From contig NC_043002.1 in assembly GCF_006345805.1 (NCBI RefSeq), forward strand, positions 91,326,001-91,390,000: DNA of 64,000 nt. Direction: 5' to 3'. This DNA comes from Octopus sinensis. Lineage: Eukaryota. A program made the translations under genes and the position numbers. Below, one piece after another: positions 36,270 to 49,142 of the stretch. Below the pieces are notes generated by a model. It did no database searches. It was not told the origin of the DNA and saw nothing but the letters and a program-made list of their open reading frames with translations. Every line of letters starts with the position of its first letter. Position 1 is the first letter of the stretch.

Positions 36270-36900
36270 GTTTCTGGGAGCTTAGTTTTCTGGAATAATA
36301 ATAGTTACTTGGATCCATTATCGAATAACACCACCTCTGTCTTCAGGAGAGAATTTTACATTAAATTTTACATTTGAAGTGTTGACAGGATGGAGTTTAA
36401 AGACGGAATGATTTTGTGGAGGGCTAAGTGTGTTAGGAAGGGGCGTTGGGATGTTTAGATAGAGAGTAGTGGGAGATTTCAGGGTTAGGATTAATAACGA
36501 GGTTAGTGATAGTATTAGAGGTAGAAGGTGGGAGGAAGGGGAAAGGGTGCTTCAGGTAGTACGTGAGTGATGACCTTTGTAATAACAGTTTGTATAAAGG
36601 CTATAGAGTTAAATGTTGAGATAGTGGAAGGGGCTTCTTATTAATTGGGGGAGTTGACTGGTTCACTAGCTAAGCGGGGTGATGAGGTGGTTAAATGTAG
36701 TTGTTAGTGGGACAAAGGAATTGTGTTGGTAGTTTTCAAAAGAGTGAGGATTTATTAAGTACTGTTTGAGTTTGGGTGGGGAAGCTAAGAGGGAAGTGGA
36801 GGGGGTTGATTTGAAGATGTGGAAGAAATTTCAGATGTGTGTATCGGAAAGAACCAGATGGTGGGGGGAGGTTAGTATTTATTAAGCATTATGTTGCAAT
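36270..36900 (-). pseudogene. Probable Penelope-like element RT N-terminal remnant
   Basis: VKFSPEDRGGVI/IMDPSNY (one frameshift, about 36300-36355) resembles the PLE motif IKPADKGGAIVIMDRxDY; upstream is C/A-rich and decayed. Confidence 0.45.
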
Positions 36901-36923
36901 GCTGACTTTGTTTAATATATGCA

Positions 36924-37122
36924 TACACGAGGGAGTGCTGAAGAGTTCTTGGCGAAACATCTGGTTGAAGGCCCAATATTCCGAGGCCTTTTACGGGGCA
37001 TAGAAAAACTGAAAATATATGTGTTAATCTGAGAGGGTAATATATTGAATAAAATTATAATTAACTGACCCTTTTGCATTTTCTTTTACCCAAAGCCGGG
37101 AACTTTTCAGCAACTCTTCGTA
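36924..37122. mobile_element. Tc1/mariner-type MITE
   Basis: TIRs TA-CACGAGGGAGTGCTGAAGAGTTCTTGGC and GCCGGGAACTTTTCAGCAACTCTTCG-TA. Confidence 0.65.
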
Positions 37123-37371
37123 TATAACTGGCAACAGCTTTGAAGTAAAATTAAACTGTTGGAGCAAAATCATGATGGAGGTGGTTTCCGCCATTTCCCA
37201 ACCATTAAGAGTAATTACCGATTATTTGAAGATTTGAAGATAATAACTCGAAGAACTACTGTACATATCTACAATACCTGAGGTTACTTTCAAGACAAAA
37301 TTAAATAAACTACGAAGGTTTTCTGAATGACTATAAGACGGAACATCTGTGTGCAGACATGAGTGTGTGGA

Positions 37372-37680
37372 GGCGAAGGTATGGCTGCATGCTAAGAACC
37401 TTGCTAGCGAACCACATGGTTTCCGTTTCAGTTTCACTGCGTGGTACCTTAGGCGAGTGTTTCTACTATAGGCCCGGTTCGATCAAACCCTTAAGTGTGG
37501 ATTTGTTAAACGGAAACTGAAAGAAGCACGTCTTACATATATACATATATATATTTATGTGGGCGATTTTGTGTTTGTTCCACCAACGTTTGACAAATGA
37601 TGTTGCTTCTTTACGCTCCCATAACTTAACGGTTCGACACAAGATACCGATACAATAAATACCATGCTTCAAAAAATTAA
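37372..37680 (+). mobile_element. SINE family B, old diverged copy
   Basis: ATGGCTGCATGCTAAG..GCGTGGTACCTTAGGC..CGGAAACTGAAAGAAGC. Confidence 0.65.
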
Positions 37681-37681
37681 G

Positions 37682-38507
37682 TATTAGGTTCTTCGGAAAA
37701 TAATAGCCGGTTTTAAAAATAAGTCTATATTTATGAAATGTTGAACTTATTCAAAGGTTTAATCATTCAAAATATGATCCCTGAACAGCTGTACATTTCT
37801 TCCATCAATTAATGGGGTCTTCGATATAAAAATTTAATAGTTTTGATGCCAAGAAATCCTTGAATTCAGTTTCGAACTCGGTTTTGGAAACGAAGGTTTT
37901 TTGTCTTAAAAAAGTGGCTGTATGCTTGAAACAGTGGTAGTCAGTGGGTGAAAGATTATGGGAATATGGAGGATGTGGTAAACTCTCGTATCCCAATTCC
38001 TGGTAACGTGCAGTCGAGCATTGGCATGGAAAAGAATTGGACCACGTCGATTAATAAGTGCAGATCACATTTTGCTCAAGTGAACATATATTTTTTCCAG
38101 TTGCTTACAGACAACAAGCATATCAAAATTTGTCGTGGGTTATGTTTGACTGTTCTTTTCAAAAGCTGATCATCAAGGGTGGATGGACGTCCTCTACTTT
38201 CTTGTACCTCAAGATCCTCATCCCCACAACAGAATCTCTCAAACCACTGTCTTACCGTCCGATCACTAGCGAATCCCTCACCCCGTACTCTGTTGATTTT
38301 GGCGGCTGTTTCGGAAGCATTATGTCCAAATCTGAATTCATGCAAAAAAATATTTATAAAAAAAGAAAATGTAAATGCATATCTTCTCTTTCATGTTTGA
38401 AATAAAGGATTTCTATACTTTAAAATTATATTCTGAAAGAAATCAATAAAAATTTATTAAAGCGAACACATCAGTTATTAAGCATGTAAATTCCGAACAA
38501 TCTAATA
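37682..38507 (-). mobile_element. Internally deleted mariner transposon
   Basis: HEFRFGHNASETAAKINRVRGEG..SDRTVRQWFERF..GRPS (HTH region) and LPHPPYSHNLSPTDYHCF (YSPDLAPxD-like); TATTAG(G/A)TT(C/G)TTCGGAA termini. Confidence 0.85.
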
Positions 38508-38589
38508 ATAGTTTCCACTATATATTTCAGTGTGTTACCCCAACATGGTCGCAGTCTAATGATTGAAACAATCAACAGATAATAGATAA

Positions 38590-38780
38590 TGAGTCGCCAT
38601 GATAGATCGTTAGCCACTACACACATTTTTCTCTCCTTTTTTCTCTCCTTGTTTCTTTCTATGTCCCTTTCTGTAGAAGAGCGTAGGCTCGAAACGTAAA
38701 AGACTTTTCCTATTCCTGAGCGCTATGCTAATACATCTGTTTGTTTTGTACACCACCTGTTTTCGTCTTTTGTTTTTTTT
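38590..38780 (+). mobile_element. Hammerhead-like (A6U) short repeat, copy 3
   Basis: 38663-38704 GUCCCUUU-CUGUAGA-A-GAGC(GUAG)GCUC-GAAAC-GUA-AAAGAC. Confidence 0.7.
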
Positions 38781-39075
38781 TTTCGAAAACTCTCCCCCGA
38801 TAATAGATAAAAGGCAGAATTAAAAATAAATGCATTGCAGGAGATGACATTCGAGTTAGAAAGAAAATGAAGTATTAAAGATAATTATTTTTGAAAATGA
38901 ATGCTTGTTCAAAATGTTATAATGCAATATAAAAGCGAGCTTATTTTACTCTTGTTTTTCCATTATCCTATTTAACAAACTATGTTTTTAGCACAATGAT
39001 CCAGATTTGACCATAGATGGATATAATGCATTGTTGAGATTTACAACTTCTTTTACCAAAGTTGGAACTAAATAT

Positions 39076-39521
39076 GAATCTTTTCGGTTTGAACGGCAGT
39101 TTTTAAAAATAATTTCCACGTAACTAAACGCTTTTAAACTTCGTATACTGGTAGAATGTGTTTATAAAACATCTTTTTCTCTTGGCTTTATTGAGAAAAT
39201 TCTATAGTTTGTAAGATATTTGTTGTTTTTTTCTTCAATTTCTGCAATTTCAACCAATCACTGACGTCTATTGAGGTAAAAACATTCTGTGTCGTATGAA
39301 TATATCCCTCGTTTAAGAAACAGATTGGGTTTGTTTACATTTGTGAAGAAAAAAAAGATACCCTTCCCCCACCCCTAACACTAACTGACTCTAACTAACC
39401 CTAACTAACCCTAACCCTAAAATAGATTGAAATGCAATAGATCGATACTAGGGTCATAATTATGGGTGACAATTTCATATGACACCGCTAGAAAAAACTG
39501 TGGTTCAAACCGAAAAAATCC
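39076..39521. mobile_element. MITE with about 28-bp TIRs, 8-bp TSD and internal (CTAACC)-like repeats
   Basis: TSD CTAAATAT at 39068-39075 and 39522-39529; TIR G(G/A)AT(C/T)TTTTCGGTTTGAAC..CAGTTTT. Confidence 0.85.
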
Positions 39522-40254
39522 CTAAATATTTCTAACCTTGCTGTCGGTCATCTGCAACAGGATTACATTAAAACGATTTCTATTATCTTAATTTTTACTA
39601 TTTCACCCCATTAATAAACAATACCCGCTTTATTGATTATTCCAGTTCAATCACATTCATAAATAATGTAAAATAGAAAGAATGAAATAATGAAGTCATT
39701 AAGATTTATTACATGAGAGTAAAATTTGGGAGGATATACTTTAGGTGGGTGTCTGGCAATATATATATATATATATATATATTCACAAAAAATATTTATA
39801 GTTAACCCCAAACTCGAGTTTCTGCATTAATGAACAAATAGATTAATTTGTCATCCATACTTCGTCAATGGAATCGCCAAGACAATGCATAATTATGTAG
39901 ATTAATACGTGCCGAAATCACACGTGCATGCTGCATACTTATACATTATGTATTCAAATAAAGCACGCAAGCGCAGTTACATAGTCAGCAGCAAATAATA
40001 AAATTAAAACTGCGTATCAAAAGGCTTTGGAATTATGAAAATTTTACTGTGAAAATTATAAGGGTAGAAAATTTAGAAAAACTTTTCATTCCGTTGGTTA
40101 GCATGCATGATAAAAGTCAATAGACACCGTATTTGTATATATAAGAGTGCATAAGGATTTATACACAGAGCTGACTCTTGACAAGACGCCTTACATGCTA
40201 GAAAGGGCAGCCAAACCCAAACCACGAATAAATTCCACAAAGAATATATATATA

Positions 40255-40318
<64 letters not shown>

Positions 40319-40319
40319 G

Positions 40320-40380
<61 letters not shown>

Positions 40381-40387
40381 CATACAT

Positions 40388-40770
40388 ATTCTTTATTCTT
40401 TTACTTGTTTCAGTTATTGGACTGCAGCCATGCTGGAGCACCGTCTTAAAGGGTTTTAGTCGAACAAATTGGCTTCAGGATTTATTCTTCGTAAGCCTAG
40501 TACCTTTGGCCGAACCGCTAGGTTACGGGGGCATAAAAAAAAACCAGCACCGGTTGTCAAGCGTTGGTTGGGGGACAAACACAAACACAAAGACCCACAC
40601 ACATATGTATGCATGTGTGTATGTATGTATGTATACGACAGGCTTCTTTCAGTTTTCGTTTACCAGATCCACTCAATGATTTCGTCTGTCCGAAGCTATT
40701 GTAGAAGACACTTGCCCAATGTGCCACACTGTGAGACAGAACCTGGCACAATGTGGTTGGAGAGCGCCAC
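40388..40770 (-). mobile_element. SINE family B, diverged
   Basis: Reverse complement of the family B pattern. Confidence 0.75.
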
Positions 40771-40837
40771 GCATGTGTTTGTGTGCGTGTATGTGTGTGT
40801 GTAAGTATGTGTTTTTGTATGCATGTATGTGCGTATA

Positions 40838-40963
<126 letters not shown>

Positions 40964-41050
40964 AGTTGGGTACAAAAATTCAGGGTGAGTACTTGATAAT
41001 TGTAAGCACCTGTATATACCGTTTGGTGGTGTAGGTGGTGGAGTATATAT

Positions 41051-41135
<85 letters not shown>

Positions 41136-41298
41136 GCTGTTTATTAAAAATTTCCCCTGACACTCTTCCGGTTATTGCAATAAACGGAACTTGTAAACGT
41201 ATAATCATACATGTCTCAACATGTCACATCATAAATTGCATCTTACCACTAGTATTCGTTTGTTTTTTACCGCTGCTGAAGTGGACTAAGGTGTTATA

Positions 41299-41602
41299 AT
41301 GAAGGCAGTTAATTGCAGATCAGTGATCAGGTTCTTATGCATGAAAGGTCGTACACCAAAAAAGACTTTAGATGATATGAAAAAGTTTATGGTGACGATG
41401 CACCATCATACGACGTAGTCAAGTGCCGGCTTCGTCAGTTCAAATGTGGTCGGACATCGGTGGAAATTGCGCTTATTGCTAGACGAATAGTCGTTGAATC
41501 CATAAAGTAGAAACCGCTATTTTGGAGGATCGCCACATAACTATTCGGTAATTAGCCCGAGAAGTGAAGATAAGTGTAGGGTCCGTGGAAAAATTATTCA
41601 CC
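41299..41602 (+). pseudogene. Mariner transposase N-terminal fragment
   Basis: CRSVIRFLCMKGRTPK..DDMKK/YGDDAPSYDVVK..RQFKCGRTSVE...ILEDRHITI..LAREVKISVGSVEK. Confidence 0.75.
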
Positions 41603-42264
41603 TAGGTCATAAATGTGTTCTATTCTTTTTGTATAAGTCTAAGTCCCTTGGCTACTAAAGATAAGGTAGAAAAACTGACGTACTGATGGCGTCTACCAAT
41701 GCAGAAACATGTTCCACATCTGCTCTCTTTCTCTAGATATAAACTTGTCTTTTTCATTAATGACATGTCTAATTGCAGAATTCTTCAATCTTGCGATCAT
41801 TTCTTTTCTCATACAGAGCTTGTGTCAGTTGTCATTTGATAATTCAATCACTAGAGATGGAGATAGATTTAATAGAACAAGAATTTATATATGGCATATT
41901 ATATACTTGTAGTTGTCTAAATTATTCCTATACATTCAACTGGTCACTTTGAGTTATTTCCCTTAGCTGGCTTGTGTTTATATAAATAGTTCCGGGTGGT
42001 AGTTGAGATGTTACACTCACGATCGCAACATATTCTCGTTTCCTTGACTGTGTAGTGCGTTGTGTTCTTGATGTAACTTTGTTCTGGGATCACTTTGACA
42101 TATGACATGTGCCACACGGTGCACCAATAGAAGCATTGTCAATGTAATGGAGGGAGTGAGCTAATGTACAGCGCAACCATTTGATCGTAATACACAAATC
42201 TGACCCGGTTGTTCAGCAAGAAATTGAAGAAACTTCGTCTCACGTCTGATGCAGCAGAGTGCCC

Positions 42265-42556
<292 letters not shown>

Positions 42557-43023
42557 TATATCAGGTAGCTATATTGTATGTTGTATATAGTACGTTATAG
42601 TAGACAGAGTCGTAAACTTTAGTTCCTATTATATAACCGATACTGCTTAATTGCAGAAACTCAGATATTGAAATTCTTTAGCAATTAATCGGAATATGCA
42701 ATTAACTGATTTCCCATGCAGGTATAAATTACGAAATTTCAATATATTTTCAGCAGAAAAAGATAAAAACGGTATTGTAACTACGTTATACATGTATGGA
42801 TTATAGGATAAAACAAAATCGTAAAGCGATTTTTTGTCTACGATATATTTCGTGCTGTTTTATATTGGAAGCTGGAAGAAATACCAGAATGGAACAGCGA
42901 GAAATAATATTTATTTGTTTAATGGATTACAAAATTACCACAGATCAACTTGTTCACATTCAAATGATATATTTTATCGATCTGCAACAACATTTTCCTG
43001 ACAAGAAACTAATAAGAAACTAA

Positions 43024-43196
43024 TAGGCGCAGGAGTGGCTGTGTGGTAAGTAGCTTGCTAACCAACCACATAGTTCCGGGTTCAGTCCCACTGCGTGGCA
43101 TCTTGGGCAAGTGTCTTCTACTATAGCCCCGGGCCGACCAATGCCTTGTGAGTGGATTTGGTAGACGGAAACTGAAAGAAGCCTGTCGTATATATG

Positions 43197-43227
<31 letters not shown>

Positions 43228-43472
43228 TATATATATATGCGTGCGTGTGTGTGTGTTTGTGTGTCTGTGTTTGTTCCCCTAGCATTGCTTGACGACCGAT
43301 GCTGGTGTGTTTACGCGCCCCGTCACTTAGCGGTTCGGCAAAAAGAGACCGATAGAATAAGTACTGGGCTTACAAAAAGAATAAGTCCCGGGGTCGATTT
43401 GCTCGACTAAAGGCGGTGCTCCAGCGCGGCCGCAGTCAAATGAGTGAAACAAGTAAAAGAGTAAAAGAGTAA
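43024..43472 (+). mobile_element. SINE family B, full length
   Basis: Matches 13110-13545. Confidence 0.9.
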
Positions 43473-43739
43473 GTTAATTATTTCTGAGAGATAGAATTTT
43501 GTTTTAAATCCATTTCCTGTACAATTCTTAACATGTGAAAAATACGTAGTTTAAGTGAAAAAATTTATAGCTTTATACGTGGTATTAGACATTAAACGTT
43601 GATGGTTTGTGTGATATATGATTGTCTGCTGTTTCTGACTTCTGCTGAATCTTGAAAATTTTTAACGGCATAAAAAGAGAGAAAAAAAAAACCTTGTAGA
43701 GTCATAACCAGTACGGTTAACTTCGAAGAACTTTCTTAA

Positions 43740-43771
<32 letters not shown>

Positions 43772-43819
43772 TTTTTACAGAGCGCATCGTTATCTTACTC
43801 TTCTTCCTTTTCGTCCTCC

Positions 43820-44090
43820 TCTCTCTCGTCATCATCATCATCCTCATCATCATCATCATCTCATTATCATAAGCATTTCCACTATCTCCACGACCGCCAC
43901 CGACACCACTAACACCATTACCAACATCACTTCCACCACCACCGCCACCACCACCACCACCATCGTCATCATCATCGTCGTCATCACAACGACCGGCACC
44001 ACCACATCTACCACCACTGTCATCATCATCATCATCATCATCATCACCATCGTCGTCATCATCATCATCATCATCATTGGTGTTATCAAT
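43820..44090. repeat. (CAT)n/(CAC)n compound microsatellite
   Basis: Read directly. Confidence 0.9.
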
Positions 44091-44109
44091 GTCATTGGTG
44101 AACATCTCT

Positions 44110-44516
44110 CTTTACTCTCTTTTTCTTGTTTCAGCCATTTGACTGCGGCCATGCTGGAGCACCGCCTTTAGTCGAGCAAATCGACCCTAGGGCTTATTCT
44201 TTGTAAGCCTAGTACTTATTCTATCGGTTTCTTTTGCCGAAGCGCTAAGTTACGGGGACGTAAGCACACCAGCATCGGTTGTCAAGCGATGTTGGGGGGA
44301 CAAAAACAGACACACATATACACACACATACATATATATATACATATATACGACGGGCTTCTTTCAGTTTCCCTCTACCAAATCCACTCACAAGGCTTTG
44401 GTCGGCCCGAGGCTATAGTAGAAGACACTTGCCCAAGGTGCCACGCAGTGGGACTGATCCCGGAACCATGTGGTTGGTAAGCAAGCTACTTACCGCACAG
44501 CCACTCCTGCGCCTAT
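44110..44516 (-). mobile_element. SINE family B, full length
   Basis: Reverse complement of 43024-43472. Confidence 0.9.
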
Positions 44517-44806
44517 GTTGAGATGTAACACTTCAGATCATCCTGTTAGGTCACGTACTCAGGAAACATAACTTGTTCAGTCAACATGCTATATGGAGGG
44601 GTGGGGTTACCACATTTGCCTCATTAACAGAGGGGATGGATTTACACCTGTAAAACCGATAACCGAATGGGATAAGCCATTAAAGCGTTACGAAGAAGGA
44701 CTTTGAATATTTCTTCCGAACCTCTGCGCACCGTGTTCAACTCCTACCGTAGTCAGCTTTGCCTTTTATTTCTTAGATCCATCGACAAAAAAATATTTCT
44801 CTAGAT

Positions 44807-45065
44807 CAATGGTTCTCAGCTATTTTTTGCCAATGGACCCCTTTGGTTCCGATTTTATTCAAGCGGTGGGACCCTCATAGCCATTCGATGTCTAAAAGCT
44901 CCTACTGTATTTTTCTGATTAAATAATTTTAGGAATTGTATTTAAAAATGTCTAAATATTTTATGTATTGTAGAAATATAACCAGTTTATTGCCCATAAA
45001 CTTTAACAACAAAATCTTATATGGACCGCCAAGGATCATATTGATCTCGGCTGAGAACTACTTGA
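44807..45065. mobile_element. hAT (Charlie-like) MITE, degenerate
   Basis: CTCTAGAT followed by CAATGGTTCTCAGC; right end GCTGAGAACTAC. Confidence 0.6.
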
Positions 45066-45557
45066 TGCGAACCAAGTCAAAGGATTGGCGGATATGTAAG
45101 AACCTATAGTGTATATTCTGGATCTTAACCTTCCGAGTTCAAATCCGGTTATGGATTACTTTGATGGTCCTCTAAAACTATTTTCCAGTTTAACAGCATC
45201 ACCTGGTACCTTGAGTATGTTTAGAATTGCCCAATCTGACGCAAGTATTCGCACAAAGCCTTCGGTTTGGGGATATTTTTTTACATCCCTTTTGCCAGCT
45301 GGGATTCCGAGCCATGACCATGGACACAGTTTAGAAATTTCTGGAAATAATTAATGATCATGAAAGTCTGAGGGATAATATAACGGTTGGGATTACATAT
45401 ACAACATCTAGTAATGGAATTGGTATTTATTTCTCAATGTCATTTTCTCTTATGTCAAGAATACTATCCCTGTCAGAAATCGGGTATCAGACCAAAAGCA
45501 CCACTATATAGTGATTTCAAAGGTTTTATAATACATTGCTCGAATAGTTGAATAACT

Positions 45558-45777
45558 CTACTCTCTCTTTTACTCTTTTACTTGTTTCAGTCATTTGACC
45601 GCGGCCATGCTGGAGCACCGCCTTTAGTCGAGCAAATCGACCCCGGGACTTATTCTTTGCAAGCCCAGTACTTATTCTATCGATCTCTTTTGCCGAACCG
45701 CTAAGTGACGGGGACTTAAACACACCAGCATCGGTTGTCAAGCAAGTATCTGCTAGGGGAACAAACACAGACACACA

Positions 45778-45808
<31 letters not shown>

Positions 45809-45995
45809 ATATATATATATATACATATATACGACAGGCTTCTTTCAGTTTCCGTCTACCAAATCCACTCACAAGGCATTGGTCGGCCCCGGGGCTATAG
45901 CAGAAGACACTTGCCCAAGATGCCACGCAGTAGGACTGAACCCGGATCCATGTGGCTGATTAGCAAGCTACTTACCACACAGCCACTCCTGCACC
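45558..45995 (-). mobile_element. SINE family B, full length
   Basis: Reverse complement of the family B pattern. Confidence 0.9.
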
Positions 45996-46511
45996 TGATA
46001 TTATATTTGATAGAAATGTCTTCAGTTTGATTCGTTAAAGATTTGCAACTGGCAGATAAGCAGCGTAATAATCAACAAACAATATAAACCTATAGGTGGC
46101 CATTTTTTCTGTCGCAGACATCATTCTGATCATTTCAATCTTTCCAATCACCAGCCCTTCTTACTGCTTTTATCGATTACCATTTGTATCTTCCCACAGA
46201 TGCACATCGAATTCATTACATTCCACACCCCCCCCGCCATCACTTGCATTGCACAATAATAACAACTAGTGGCATGCGGGTTAATAACAAGATATTACAA
46301 TGTCAAATATAATCTAATGTAACTCATAATGAAAACAGCAAAATGGAGTCTGTTCAGCGTTTGATTATAAAGAAACTCTTTAGAAGGTTTGAATAGCAAT
46401 GAAGATTTCTTTCTGCATTTAAGGTTTATCGTATACAAAAAAAAAAAAAAAATGGTAATTATATCTGCAACTAACATTCAGCATCTTTGATATGCTGAAA
46501 TGAAAATAATA

Positions 46512-46747
46512 TATTTCTTTACTACCCACAAGGGGCTAAACACAGGGGGGACAAACAAGGACAGACAAAGGGATTAAGTCGATTACATCGACCCCCCAGT
46601 GCGTAACTGGTACTTAATTTATCGACCCAGAAAGGATGAAAGGCAAAGTCGACCTCGGCGGAACTTGAACTCGGAACGTAACGACAGACGAAATACGGCT
46701 ACGCATTTCGCCCGGCGTGCTAACGTTTCTGCCAGCTCGCCGCCTTT
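46512..46747 (-). mobile_element. SINE family A, full length with TSD-like flanks
   Basis: GAAATGAAAATAATA on both sides. Confidence 0.9.
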
Positions 46748-46859
46748 TGAAATGAAATGAAAATAATAACTTGAAGATATGTGAGGCTTTTCACGAAGTT
46801 TTTTTTGTAAATATGAAACAGTGCTAATTGTCGCTTTAATTCTCTTGCTTCCCGATCAC

Positions 46860-47225
46860 ATGCCTGGCTCTTTTGACAGGTGTTTTCTCCTATAGACTTA
46901 GGCCGTCCAAACGCTTGTGAGTGGATTTGGTTGTCGGAAATTGAAAGAAACCTGTCGTATGTGTGTGTGTGTGTGTGGTGTGTGTGTGTGTGTGTGTGTG
47001 TATGTGTTTGTCGCCACCACCGCTTGACAACCGGTGTTGGTTTGCTTACATTCTCTTAAATTAGCGATTCGTCAAAAGATGCTGATAGATAACTTACCAG
47101 GCTTAAAGAAAAATGTACAGGAGTCGATTCATTCGACCAAAACTAAAACAAAAAAAAAAAAAAGAAATTCTTCTTCGAGGCGGTGACCCAGCATGGCCGC
47201 AATCAAATTACTGAAATAAATGAAA
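46860..47225 (+). mobile_element. SINE family B, old copy
   Basis: GTGAGTGGATTTGG..GGAAATTGAAAGAAACCTGTCG and the 3' half. Confidence 0.7.
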
Positions 47226-47631
47226 AAAAAAGAAGAGGAAAGATAAAAGTTTAACTGTTGACTCAAAAATAGAAGAAAAAATTTCATAATCAGTTACTCG
47301 CAATTAAATATGTTTAAACATACAGGAAGAGGAAAAGCCGGTACTATGAAAAATAAGGCACTTAAAGGTATTATGTAATGATACGATACGGTATGCAATT
47401 AAGTAGAATCAATTCCACTACTATTGCAAAGGATCTTTGAGTATAGGCATAATAACTGCATACAAACATGCATAGAGTGTATGTATGTACGTATGTATGC
47501 ATGCATGCATGTATGTATGTATGTATGTATGTATGTATGTATGCATGCATGCATGCATGTATGTATGTATGTATGTATGTTTGTATGTATGTATGTATGT
47601 TTGTATGTATCTATGTATGCATGCCTGTATG

Positions 47632-47745
47632 TGGGTCATTCAGTTTTATTTTAAGATTTCTTGCCAATATAGAAAGAGTCGGTTTCTAACCTAGATCCAA
47701 GGCTCCTTCTTGGAATTTCAACAACATCAACAGGGTATTTCGTAT
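47632..47745 (-). mobile_element. Putative R4 lineage-2 3' tail inserted in (TATG)n
   Basis: Reverse complement of 20690-20800; (TATG)n on both sides. Confidence 0.55.
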
Positions 47746-47984
47746 GTATGTAAGTATGTATGTACGTATGTACGTATGTATGTATGTATGTATGTATGTA
47801 TGCATATCGTTATATGTATGAATCAGTGTTCAGTATTTCCAAACAGATTGTTACGGTTCGACGAAGATCCAGAAATAGTGTAGTGCCACATGAATCATCT
47901 TATTTAGATCTTCCCCTGTATGCTTTGAGTTCCCCGTGATGATTGTATGTTGCCCTCCGTCGATCAGGCGACAAATACAGAATG

Positions 47985-48500
47985 AACTGACAGAATCGTT
48001 AACACGTCCATCAAAATTCTTAGCGGCATTTCGTCGCTACGTTATGGTTGCAAATTCCGCCGAGGTTGATTTTGCCTTCCCTCCTTTGTCTTTCATCACT
48101 AAGTACCAGTGAAACACTGGGGTCGATGTAATCGACTTATCCTCTCCAAGTAAATTCCAGACTTTGTGCCTTTAGTAGAAAGGATTAGTGTTATTGTTGC
48201 TGTTGTTACTGTTTTTGTTGTTGTTGTAATTGTCGTTGTCGTCGTTGTTCTTGCTGTTATTATGCCTTAAGGCAACACTCCAAGAAGATCGTTATCACGG
48301 CGAGTAAAATGCTTGGTGGCATTTCGTATGTCTTTACGTTCTGAGTTCACAAACCGCCGAGGTTGATTTTGCCTTTCATAGCTTTGGGGTCGATAAAATA
48401 AGTACCATATGAGCACTGGAGTCGATGTAACCGACTTAATCTCTCTCCCAAAATTGCTGGCCTTGCGCCAAAATTTGAAACTATTATTATTATTATTATT
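47985..48500 (+). mobile_element. Two diverged SINE family A copies
   Basis: CCGCCGAGGTTGATTTTGCCTT occurs at about 48057 and 48354. Confidence 0.7.
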
Positions 48501-48503
48501 GCG

Positions 48504-49052
48504 TGAGTGAGAGGCAGTGCATGTCATCAAAGTGATACTGAGGTAAAATATAGGAAGCCCAGTATACCCATCATGACTACCCGTCTGATAAGGGTACACC
48601 AGGCACATGCATCACAACCATATGTGCGCAAAATGGTAATCTCATATCAAGATAAACAGAGCATGACTTCGAAGGTATATTCAGTTAGAATTTTCTTCAT
48701 TTCAAGTAGCTCATCCTGCTCAAAAGGTCACTGAATAAGGGTTGTTTGCGGATGTTGAACGAAACACCCATGTGTCCAAAGATAAACTTACCCATATCAC
48801 AAATAATTCCTCTCAGCACATGGTTACGATGTTCCCCGCCCACTACTTCTGCTCGTGATCAGAAATGCACATATTATCAGCCAGCAAAGGAATTGCTGAA
48901 CTGGTTATGGTTAAACAACTGACAAGAAAATCCGTGGTATTGAGCAGAATGTTTGCTGTAGGCCATCATTTATACCAAGACAAAACAATGTAAATGATAA
49001 CACTTCCAACCAGTTAAGTTCAGAAGCCATGAGAGCCAGTGCCTGGTATTGC
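48504..49052 (-). mobile_element. Non-coding (AAT)n-tailed interspersed element, long copy
   Basis: Minus-strand 3' end ...CTCTCACTCACGC-(AAT)n; homologous to 49142-49408. Confidence 0.7.
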
Positions 49053-49078
49053 AACTATTATGCTAGTGCATGCTAATT

Positions 49079-49141
<63 letters not shown>

Positions 49142-49142
<1 letters not shown>

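Noticed and set aside
43662-44171. Poly-Asp/Gly/His ORFs
   Set aside because: They are trinucleotide microsatellite translations running into a SINE.
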